The notes under the pieces: model-generated
Database searches by the model: none
The model's input: only the letters and a program-made list of their open reading frames with translations
What the model was told of the DNA's origin: nothing
Source: Vibrio cholerae ATCC 14035
GTDB taxonomy: Bacteria; Pseudomonadota; Gammaproteobacteria; Enterobacterales; Vibrionaceae
Assembly (NCBI RefSeq): GCF_000621645.1
Contig: NZ_JHXR01000002.1
Coordinates: 210,001-242,000, forward strand
Direction: 5' to 3'
Length of the DNA: 32,000 bases
Position numbers and translations under genes: made by a program
In this document: positions 23,084 to 30,769 of the stretch, piece after piece
Layout of the letters: every line of letters starts with the position of its first letter
How positions within the stretch are numbered: the first letter of the stretch is position 1

Positions 23084-25075
23084 ATGCCCAACCCAGTTTC
23101 TAACGTTTATTCTCTTGAAGAGATGTTATCGCTGATCCAGCGAGAGCAGCCTTTCGCCGGAGAGCTAGAATCCGCTGGCTGTTTTATCAAGATAGAAGAC
23201 TATCTGCCTGTGGTTTGTACTGCTATCCATGCAGGAAGCCGTTTACGCGAAGATTTGCTCAAACAGTGCCAACTGAGCAAAACGGAACGTAATCTTGAAG
23301 AAGCACCTTATACCGATCAATTTATTGCCTCCCAGCCTATCACTTTGTGTGGCCTCGATTCTCGCTTCGAGTACGATCTGAACCGCGCGAAAACCCTCAG
23401 TACCCGCTATAAATCTGCCTGGAATCGCCCTTTGAGCGATAAACAGCGTACAGAGAGCCATCGTAAGCACAGCGAGTTTTATCAACTCTATGAGGCGTTA
23501 ATCCGCAAACTTGAAGCGATGCATGGCATGGTGATTGTGTTTGATATGTACGCTTACAACTATAAACAGCTGGGTGATAAACCCACTCCAGTGTTTAACG
23601 TGGGTACCGCACAAATCGACATGCAGCGTTGGGGCTCCGTGGTGAAGCGTTTCTGTGCTGAACTGAGTAAAATTCAGCTACCGCACATCGAAAATAGCAC
23701 CGAAATCAACGCGGTATTTGAAGGCCGTGGCTATTTAATTGCCCATACCAACGCTCATTTTGACCGAACGTTAGTACTCCCCACTGAAGTAAAAAAAGTC
23801 TTCATGGAGGAGGATACTGGCACTGTCTATCCCTTGGTGTTAAACGCGCTGTGTAGCGGCCTTAAAGGTGCATTGAGCCAAACCAGTGCCTATTTTCAGC
23901 GTCGTCATAATCGTCGCCGAATAAGCAAAGCAAAAATGCTTGGTTCATCCATTGAACCCGCGATTTTGAGTATTGATGATGCGCTGTCTAAACTGACGCG
24001 CAAAGTTGAGACACTTAAATACGTCAACCCAACCAATATCAATATTGAGCAAAAGCGTTTTGAAGCGGCACCGAGTCGCTACAAACCCGAGTTTCGCTAC
24101 AAACAGTTACCCATCAATGCCAATGAATTTAAACAGCAACTGTATCAATTGCCAATCGAGACCATTTCCGATCCTGATTTGAAACAGTTGTACGGCTCGA
24201 TGGTCGATAAACTGAGCGAAAAAATCGATCTGCTCACCAGCATAGGTCAGGAATCCTTCCTGTATAACTCGCTGCGTTTTTATGGCCGACCGAATCGTAC
24301 CGCGATAGAAAACGCGAAATTTCTACTCTACGCCAAGACGTTACCGGAAGAGAAAGGCGAGTTGTATAACGCGGATCAAGCCGCTGAAATTATGCTGAAA
24401 AAAGCACAGGAATGGGGTATGCATTGCCATATTACGCCCACAGCATCACTGGCAGCGCGGGCGATGGTGAGTGGCAAAAAGCCTCCAACCTTATATCTCA
24501 ATAGCAAGGTGATGTACTCACATGCAGAGATACAGCGCCTAATTCAGCATGAAATTGGCGTTCATCTCGCCACCACCTTTAACGGCCGTATGCAACCTTT
24601 GCGCGTGTTTTCGATTGGTTTACCCGGTGCAACTGAGTCACAAGAAGGGTTAGCCATTTTGGCGGAATACAAAGCGGGTTATATGTCGCATGAGCGACTC
24701 AAAACCTTGGCAACGCGAGTGTTGGCGGTCGATTCCATGCTTAAAGAGCACAATTTCTACCAAACCTTCAGCTACTTAACCGAAGAGTATGGTGTCGATC
24801 GAGAAAGCGCCTTTGTGACCACCACACGGGTGTATCGCGGCGGAGGTTTCACCAAAGATCACCTTTATCTTGAAGGGTTTATCAATACCTTGCAGCAAGC
24901 ACAAAAGCGCAGTTTAGATAATCTGTTGGTCGGGAAATGCAGCTATCAATATCTTGATTTAATTGATGAGCTGGTCGAGCGCGGTTGGCTGATTAAACCC
25001 CGATTCCGTTTCGATGATTTAGGCAGCGAGCCAGAGCCCACCCTCAAATATTTGATTGAGTCGCTACGCCACTAA
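23084..25075 (+). CDS. large HExxH metallopeptidase-like protein with QEGLA motif (DUF1704 / MATCAP-like) plus ~260-aa N-terminal extension
   Basis: HEIGVH is encoded at 24548-24565 and SQEGLA(ILAEY) at 24641-24655. This pairing defines the family called flavohemoglobin expression-modulating QEGLA-motif protein. ATG 23084 follows GGGAGGA. The N-terminal region (IHAGSRLRED, EEAPYTD) weakly recalls N-formylglutamate amidohydrolase-type domains; that part is from memory and low certainty. Confidence 0.7.
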   Translation: MPNPVSNVYSLEEMLSLIQREQPFAGELESAGCFIKIEDYLPVVCTAIHAGSRLREDLLKQCQLSKTERNLEEAPYTDQFIASQPITLCGLDSRFEYDLNRAKTLSTRYKSAWNRPLSDKQRTESHRKHSEFYQLYEALIRKLEAMHGMVIVFDMYAYNYKQLGDKPTPVFNVGTAQIDMQRWGSVVKRFCAELSKIQLPHIENSTEINAVFEGRGYLIAHTNAHFDRTLVLPTEVKKVFMEEDTGTVYPLVLNALCSGLKGALSQTSAYFQRRHNRRRISKAKMLGSSIEPAILSIDDALSKLTRKVETLKYVNPTNINIEQKRFEAAPSRYKPEFRYKQLPINANEFKQQLYQLPIETISDPDLKQLYGSMVDKLSEKIDLLTSIGQESFLYNSLRFYGRPNRTAIENAKFLLYAKTLPEEKGELYNADQAAEIMLKKAQEWGMHCHITPTASLAARAMVSGKKPPTLYLNSKVMYSHAEIQRLIQHEIGVHLATTFNGRMQPLRVFSIGLPGATESQEGLAILAEYKAGYMSHERLKTLATRVLAVDSMLKEHNFYQTFSYLTEEYGVDRESAFVTTTRVYRGGGFTKDHLYLEGFINTLQQAQKRSLDNLLVGKCSYQYLDLIDELVERGWLIKPRFRFDDLGSEPEPTLKYLIESLRH

Positions 25076-25106
25076 CTCATTCGATAAAATAGGATCTTTC
25101 TCCCAA

Positions 25107-25141
25107 AGCCCTGAAGCAGGCCACTGCTCAGGGCTTTTTTA
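25107..25141. terminator. bidirectional terminator after the QEGLA-motif gene
   Basis: Stem AGCCCTGAAGCAG (25107-25119) / CTGCTCAGGGCT (25124-25135), followed by TTTTTT and preceded by AAA. Confidence 0.75.
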
Positions 25142-25201
25142 GGGAGATGAATCAGCACTATATCCAAATGACTTAAAGCATCAGGTAAAAAATATCCTGC
25201 A

Positions 25202-25453
25202 TTATTTCGCCAATATGCTCAGTTTTTTCAGGAAACTGTCACGTAAGTGCTCCTGCTCATAGGCCAAATGGTAGGTATTGTGGAAGCCAATCTTCAGCTC
25301 AACACCGTTACCACGCATGAAGATGTTGTAGCCATCATAATCCGCATACGCTTCAATCCCTTCATAGATCTTGCCAAATTCAGTGGGTGAGCCATTTTCC
25401 ATTACCGTTTCATACGCCGATAAGACTTTGCTCGGTTCCAGTTCATTTTTCAT
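25202..25453 (-). CDS. small hypothetical protein (83 aa)
   Basis: ATG 25453 is preceded by GAGGA at an 8-nt spacing. The ORF-track GTG start at 25543 adds an unlikely 30-aa leader. It may belong to a small Vibrio/Shewanella DUF family (DUF3081?), but that is unverified memory. Confidence 0.5.
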   Translation of the reverse strand: MKNELEPSKVLSAYETVMENGSPTEFGKIYEGIEAYADYDGYNIFMRGNGVELKIGFHNTYHLAYEQEHLRDSFLKKLSILAK

Positions 25454-25817
25454 GATCTTTTTCCTCGACATGTGCCCATAATCAGTATTGGCAGTTAGGC
25501 GCCAGCTTGCCAGTTTATGATCTGCGTCAGCGCAAAAAAACACTTAATTTTGGCCATAAATTTTTTGAGACCCGTTATATTGGACGAAGCTTATCTTGAT
25601 AGGACAAGGCTCTAGATTGCCGAACATCCACCCGATTCAAGCCTATTGGTTGGCCGCTTTTATCAAGACTATAATTTTTTGACCTAAAACAATGGCAGTT
25701 CAATTTTACTTATTTTATAATGCAAATTAACATAAACCCACTCTGCTTTGTTTGCACTAGGGCACTCAGTAGGAAGGGAATTGCAAGGCATCATAAATTC
25801 AAATCTAAGGGCAATAC

Positions 25818-26618
25818 ATGAGACTTATCCCACTGAAAGCGGCAGCACAAGTTGGTAAATGGGCGGCTGCACACATTGTTAAGCGTATCAACGAGTTTCA
25901 ACCAACAGCTGAACGTCCTTTTGTATTGGGACTCCCTACTGGTGGCACACCACTCGCGACTTATAAAGCGCTGATTGAAATGCATAAAGCGGGTGAAGTG
26001 AGCTTCAAACACGTCGTCACTTTCAACATGGATGAGTATGTTGGCCTAGCCGCAGACCACCCTGAGTCTTACCGCTCATTCATGTACAACAACTTCTTCA
26101 ATCATATTGATATCCAAGAAGAAAATATCAATCTGCTGAACGGTAATACCGATGATCACGAAGCAGAATGCAAGCGCTACGAAGACAAAATCAAATCTTA
26201 CGGTAAGATCAACCTGTTCATGGGTGGTGTAGGTAACGATGGCCACATCGCCTTTAATGAACCAGCGTCTTCTCTCTCTTCACGCACTCGTATCAAAACC
26301 CTGACGGAAGATACTCGTATCGCTAACTCACGTTTCTTTGATGGTGATATCAATCAAGTGCCTAAGTATGCACTGACTATCGGTGTCGGCACTCTGCTGG
26401 ATGCACAAGAGATCATGATTCTAGTCACTGGCCACAACAAGGCACTGGCACTACAAGCAGCGGTTGAAGGGAGTGTAAACCACCTATGGACTGTCTCTGC
26501 ACTGCAACTACACCCTAAAGCGGTGATCGTGTGTGACGAGCCATCAACCCAAGAGCTGAAAGTGAAAACCGTTAAATATTTCACTGAGTTAGAAGCCAAA
26601 AACATCGTAGGCTTCTAA
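25818..26618 (+). CDS. nagB: glucosamine-6-phosphate deaminase
   Basis: 266 aa with canonical NagB motifs ([34 protein letters not shown]). Confidence 0.95.
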   Translation: MRLIPLKAAAQVGKWAAAHIVKRINEFQPTAERPFVLGLPTGGTPLATYKALIEMHKAGEVSFKHVVTFNMDEYVGLAADHPESYRSFMYNNFFNHIDIQEENINLLNGNTDDHEAECKRYEDKIKSYGKINLFMGGVGNDGHIAFNEPASSLSSRTRIKTLTEDTRIANSRFFDGDINQVPKYALTIGVGTLLDAQEIMILVTGHNKALALQAAVEGSVNHLWTVSALQLHPKAVIVCDEPSTQELKVKTVKYFTELEAKNIVGF

Positions 26619-26640
26619 GATAAATCTCAATCAAGCTAAT

Positions 26641-26669
26641 AAAAACGCCCCGATATTCGGGGCGTTTTT
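26641..26669. terminator. bidirectional terminator between convergent nagB and Sel1-repeat genes
   Basis: The arms AAAAACGCCCCGA / TCGGGGCGTTTTT form a perfect 13-bp hairpin with a 3-nt loop. Confidence 0.8.
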
Positions 26670-26748
26670 ATTGCTATCTCTCCTCAAACGACTACGAGTT
26701 GCGACTTCAAGTAAGAAGAGCCTCGATAGAAGTAGAGCCTTTTCCTCA

Positions 26749-27906
26749 TTATCTTTTGTCAAACGGGAGGCTATCGATTGGGCCTTGTGAGAAATCCAGT
26801 CGCTCACTGGCAACATGAGGCAAGTCATTGAGAGCATTAGGTTCAATTAAATCAATTAAAGACTCGGCTTCTTGCTCTGCGAGAGGATCCACCACATCTT
26901 TCGTCGGAATCGGGATCTGGCGTTTATACAGTTTATTCAGCGCACGAATCATCGAATGTTTAGTCACCGAACTGGTGGCTAATTTACGTTGCAACGGTTT
27001 GGCCAAGGCTTGTAAACCGACAATCGATTCCACTCCGAGCTTACCCCCCACCAAATCACGCAGATTTTTCGCAGGCTCATACCCCATAGAAGCCGAAAGG
27101 AACAACCAAATATACGCAATTGCTTTACCGTGAGCACCACGGTCAATCCACGCTTCACCGGCATGATACATGGCTTCAGGGTGCCCTTTTTCTGAGGCAC
27201 GCTCTAACCAATAACACGCCATCGGAAAATCACTGGCGCCACCAATACCATGTAGCAAGTTTTGCCCTAATCTCATCATGCCTTCGGCACTGCCCATACG
27301 AGCGGCCTTTTCATACCAAAACGTCGAATCTGAAGGCGTCGGAGCAATGTTATCTTTCGACACGCACCATCCGCCCATAAACAAAATCGCATCAATGAAA
27401 TTGGCTTCTGCCGCTTCTTGAATTAGCCCAATACCACGCGAAACGTTAACTTCCACCCCACGACCGTATAGCCATGCCATGCCAGTTTCAAATTTGGCAG
27501 CCAGATCGCCTTCAACACCACGCACACAGGTTTGCCAAAATTTGGCCTTCTCTTTCGCAATCACATCTTCTCGGATCCGCTGACAAACCCGCACAATGCC
27601 GTACATGGCGGGAATATTGTCGAGATGGGCGGCTTTTTCATACCAAAACAAGGCTTCTTTTAAACTGTTGCGTTCCGCCTCTTTGGCTAAAAACAAAATG
27701 GTTGGAATGTGTCCGGATTCGGCTTTAAACAATCTTTCTTTGCGCTCTTGCTCTCGGTTACGCTCTAACGCTTTGCGATACGCCTCTTCTCTGGCTCTAC
27801 GTTCTTCCTCTAACCGCTTACGTCTGACGGATAGCACAATCATCCAGACAAAAATCAGGATAAGTGTTAGCCCGGTAGCGCCAATCGCAATTCCGATAAT
27901 ATTCAT
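26749..27906 (-). CDS. membrane-anchored Sel1-repeat (SLR/TPR-like) protein
   Basis: An N-terminal TM helix (IIGIAIGATGLTLILIFVWMIVLSV) is followed by a highly charged R/E/K helix. Several Sel1-type repeats follow (FWYEKAAHLDNIPAMYG, WYEKAARMGSAEGMMRLGQNLLHGIG, YWLERASEKGHPEAMYHAGEAW). Confidence 0.75.
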   Translation of the reverse strand: MNIIGIAIGATGLTLILIFVWMIVLSVRRKRLEEERRAREEAYRKALERNREQERKERLFKAESGHIPTILFLAKEAERNSLKEALFWYEKAAHLDNIPAMYGIVRVCQRIREDVIAKEKAKFWQTCVRGVEGDLAAKFETGMAWLYGRGVEVNVSRGIGLIQEAAEANFIDAILFMGGWCVSKDNIAPTPSDSTFWYEKAARMGSAEGMMRLGQNLLHGIGGASDFPMACYWLERASEKGHPEAMYHAGEAWIDRGAHGKAIAYIWLFLSASMGYEPAKNLRDLVGGKLGVESIVGLQALAKPLQRKLATSSVTKHSMIRALNKLYKRQIPIPTKDVVDPLAEQEAESLIDLIEPNALNDLPHVASERLDFSQGPIDSLPFDKR

Positions 27907-28011
27907 AGTTTCTCTAACTAGGTCACTGCCTTTGCCTGCGCAGTTTGAAGGCTGGCAAAACTAAACGATGGTTGAATTGTACTTTACATCCAACGTAGAA
28001 ACTATGTGCGA

Positions 28012-28044
28012 TAAAAAATGGGTGGAGATCCTCCACCCATTTTC
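28012..28044 (-). terminator. rho-independent terminator after malM
   Basis: Stem ATGGGTGGAG (28018-28027) / CTCCACCCAT (28031-28040). On the minus strand it is followed by TTTTTTA. Confidence 0.75.
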
Positions 28045-28058
28045 GTCGGTCGGTTTCA

Positions 28059-28895
28059 TTATTTGCGAGCATTAACCGCTTTCACAAACACTTCTTGCGC
28101 ACCTTCAATTCCCAGTGCTTTCGCTTCATCTAATAGACTCAGCGCCTTAGGTAAATCATTCGCTTGCACAGCTCGCTCTATGGAGGAGAAGTAATAGGTT
28201 TGCGTATCTGGTTGAACCTGAATTTGAGTTTTCGCAGCATCCGTTGATGTTGTAGTTTGGCGATCTTCACTGCGTACAAAGGATAAGAAAGAAGGACCAG
28301 AGACATCCAGCTCAATCGTTCCGGTTAAGGTGTGAGGTACTGGAATATCTTTCACTTCCGGCAGATAGTTTCCCCGTGCCTCAGCATCAATCCTCGCAGG
28401 ATGCGCAACATACGTGACACCTTTTAAGTCTTGCTGTTTGGTGTAAACCAAAACAAACAACGATTTGTAACCTTGCGGTGGATAGAAATCCAACTCTGCG
28501 ACTAAGCGATTACCTAAATGCAAACGCGGTTTACGGTACTCAAAAGTCACCTCTTCATAGGATTCCACGACTTGACCTTGCGCATCGACAATCATCACAT
28601 GCGGGTAAAATACCGAATCGCTAATCTCACTGGTGATCGTCAATGTCATTTGGCCACGATCCGCGGGGATCTCAAACAATGCGACAGGGCTTGCAATCAC
28701 CTGATTGCGCAAATACTGCGTTTCCTTGGTCAACGCCACCTTAGTCGTGCTAGGTAATTTCACCTTGGTCGCTTGCAATTGCCCAATCTGCTGAACCTCC
28801 TGCCCTGTATTAGGCTTTACTTGCTCAACAACAGCTGTACTCTGACAACCCGCTAATGCAATACATCCCCCAAGTAATAAAGCTCTAAGCACCAT
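28059..28895 (-). CDS. malM: maltose operon periplasmic protein MalM
   Basis: The gene lies downstream of lamB. The C-terminus (LPKALSLLDEAKALGIEGAQ) parallels the E. coli MalM C-terminus (DKALKLLDEAERLG). The signal peptide carries an LAGC lipobox-like motif. Confidence 0.75.
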   Translation of the reverse strand: MVLRALLLGGCIALAGCQSTAVVEQVKPNTGQEVQQIGQLQATKVKLPSTTKVALTKETQYLRNQVIASPVALFEIPADRGQMTLTITSEISDSVFYPHVMIVDAQGQVVESYEEVTFEYRKPRLHLGNRLVAELDFYPPQGYKSLFVLVYTKQQDLKGVTYVAHPARIDAEARGNYLPEVKDIPVPHTLTGTIELDVSGPSFLSFVRSEDRQTTTSTDAAKTQIQVQPDTQTYYFSSIERAVQANDLPKALSLLDEAKALGIEGAQEVFVKAVNARK

Positions 28896-29030
28896 AACGA
28901 CTCCTTTTTATCATTTTTTTAAAGACTCTCATCAAACCTGTTGGCAAGAAACCATAAGCGCACAAATTTGTGCGTTACCCCCAAACTAGGGTGTCTTATG
29001 GCTTCACATATTGAATATGATATGAGCCTT

Positions 29031-29059
29031 GAAAAAAATAGCCGATCTGCATCGGCTAT
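29031..29059 (-). terminator. intra-operon terminator/attenuator between lamB and malM
   Basis: Stem ATAGCCGAT (29038-29046) / ATCGGCTAT (29051-29059). On the minus strand it is followed by a run of T residues, the complement of the A-run at 29032-29037. Confidence 0.65.
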
Positions 29060-29099
29060 TTGAATTATGGACAATAAACGTTAAAGGTCAGTGGGTTAA

Positions 29100-30338
29100 T
29101 TACCACCAAGCTTCAACTTGGATACCCACTACAAACTCAGTATCATCATCGCCAAACGCTTTGTCATTTTCAGTATCTAGAAGATAAGTACCGTAGACAC
29201 GCAGTTCAGGACGTGCCCAGAAGCTGTCTCCCATAGCCCAAGCTTGTGCTACTGTGAATTTAGCATTGCCAAAATCTTCCGTAGCTAAACCACCGTTAGA
29301 AATTTTCTCACCAGCATTGTATCCCGCTTCAAACACAGTGCGCATGGTGTCATTCCACTTATACATTGGACGTACTACTACAGAATATTGATCAATATCG
29401 AAGCTCTTACCTGTATAAGTATTTTTATTAGCGCCATCACCGCCAAACTGACCACCAATATCACTACCTGCTAAGTAAGCTAATTGATGTCCCATTTCCC
29501 AATTTTCGCCTAGGTTAATTACACCCCAGTTTAATAAACGGAAACCTGACGCATCATTAAATGCCTCGGTTCCTCGTGCATAGTAAGAACCAGCACCCCA
29601 AAAATTAGCAGCTTGAGCGCCATAACCCGCTGTACCATATTGGAATACAGTTTGGTTAAAACCATTGCTCAGGCCTTGATGTAAAATAGCCGAAACTAGA
29701 ACACCATCATCAGCGACTTCATTTTTACTGTCTTTCTCAGTGGCAAAGTTGTAGGCCATTGCCAGTTCAAGAGATGCGTTTTCCCATAGACCAATATTCG
29801 CTAGACGAGCATCAAAGATGTAACCTGAAGAATTCGTATTATCGCCATCTTGAACCAAAGCAACAGAGAGTTTTTGATTACCCACAGAAAGGTTTTCAAT
29901 ACCACCACCAGTGCCCGATGTGTTTAGGAAGTAGAAGTCAGTAATGTGAATGTCTTTACGTTGGTAGTAGCGTTTACCCGCCCACATTACTGCTTCTTGG
30001 TCAGAAGCAAGTAAGCCTTTAGCCTGAACGTTGAACTGTGCTACGTTAAAATCGCCATCTTCCCAACCATTTGCGCCGCTATTGCCTTGCGCAATCATTG
30101 ACTCGACTTTCCACGTCTGTTCACCGGTTTTCAGTTCTTCAGCAAACCCAAACTCATAGTAGTTGTCGTTTTCGTTACCAAGACGACCTGTTCCTGCTTT
30201 GTTTACAGCCTGGTCAGCATTACCGTTACCACTAATTCCAGTACCAGCGCGGAAGTAGCCATTGAAATCGACAGCGAAAGCAGAACCAGCTGCGAGCGTC
30301 GCGGCCACTGCGGCAGCAATTACACTTACTTTTTTCAT
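29100..30338 (-). CDS. lamB: maltoporin (LamB; OmpS in V. cholerae nomenclature)
   Basis: The signal peptide MKKVSVIAAAVAATLAAGSAFA/VDF is followed by FNGYFRAGTG and the C-terminal GIQVEAWW, typical of maltoporin. ATG 30338 follows GGAG. The ORF track starts 4 codons earlier at 30350. Confidence 0.9.
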   Translation of the reverse strand: MKKVSVIAAAVAATLAAGSAFAVDFNGYFRAGTGISGNGNADQAVNKAGTGRLGNENDNYYEFGFAEELKTGEQTWKVESMIAQGNSGANGWEDGDFNVAQFNVQAKGLLASDQEAVMWAGKRYYQRKDIHITDFYFLNTSGTGGGIENLSVGNQKLSVALVQDGDNTNSSGYIFDARLANIGLWENASLELAMAYNFATEKDSKNEVADDGVLVSAILHQGLSNGFNQTVFQYGTAGYGAQAANFWGAGSYYARGTEAFNDASGFRLLNWGVINLGENWEMGHQLAYLAGSDIGGQFGGDGANKNTYTGKSFDIDQYSVVVRPMYKWNDTMRTVFEAGYNAGEKISNGGLATEDFGNAKFTVAQAWAMGDSFWARPELRVYGTYLLDTENDKAFGDDDTEFVVGIQVEAWW

Positions 30339-30477
30339 CGTTAACTCCATTTAGGGTTTTTATTTTGGATTCTTGACCCTCTTTTCTGTCGAGCCCCCAA
30401 AGGCAGAAAGTTGGCAGCATAAAAAGAGAGGTAAGACGGGAACGAGTCCCCAGTTGTTTCAACTGTGGTGAGATTAC

Positions 30478-30541
30478 GTGAGGAGGATAAAAGGCACTTC
30501 CTCCACCCCATTTTTATTTGGGGGGGAGGAGAAAGGATGAG
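30478..30541. promoter_or_regulatory. cluster of MalT-box-like motifs between divergent lamB and glgX
   Basis: Plus-strand matches: GTGAGGAGGAT (30478-30488), GGGGGGGAGGAG (30520-30531) and GGATGAG (30535-30541). The lamB strand carries GGGGTGGAGGAAG, the reverse complement of 30497-30509. The E. coli MalT box consensus is GGGGA(T/G)GAGG with core GGA(T/G)GA. Further cores lie at 30587-30597 and 30634-30639. Confidence 0.55.
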
Positions 30542-30769
30542 AAAAATTACAGTATGTTGTTTTTAAAACTTAGATCACGTTATTTAGGGGGAGTAGGTTA
30601 GCCACTTTCTAAATAAACCAATACAAAGTGTATGGAGGATCACTATTTAGCCCCATTCTCGTCATTAATATGAAATAAAATTACAGATAAATATTTGTGA
30701 CCGCGCGCTTGACCTAAGACAAGCAAAGCCTTTTACTTAATAACGTGGTGCGCTAAAAAACGATTAAAA

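Noticed and set aside
25146-25175. Mini-ORF ATGAATCAGCACTATATCCAAATGACTTAA (9 codons) after AGGGAG
   Set aside because: The SD-like sequence abuts the ATG with no spacing, and the peptide shows no conservation signal. It is most likely fortuitous within a terminator-proximal spacer.
26828-27964. Several plus-strand ORFs (26828..27133, 27120..27380, 27474..27728, 27596..27964) and minus-strand ORF 26979..27200
   Set aside because: All overlap the Sel1-repeat gene, which has coherent repeat architecture. The alternatives have Arg/Ser/Leu-rich shadow-type translations.
30520-30526. G7 homopolymer as a phase-variation switch
   Set aside because: Seven residues is short for efficient slipped-strand mispairing, and the run is largely explained by the G-rich MalT-box consensus. 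It is kept only as a note within the MalT-box finding.
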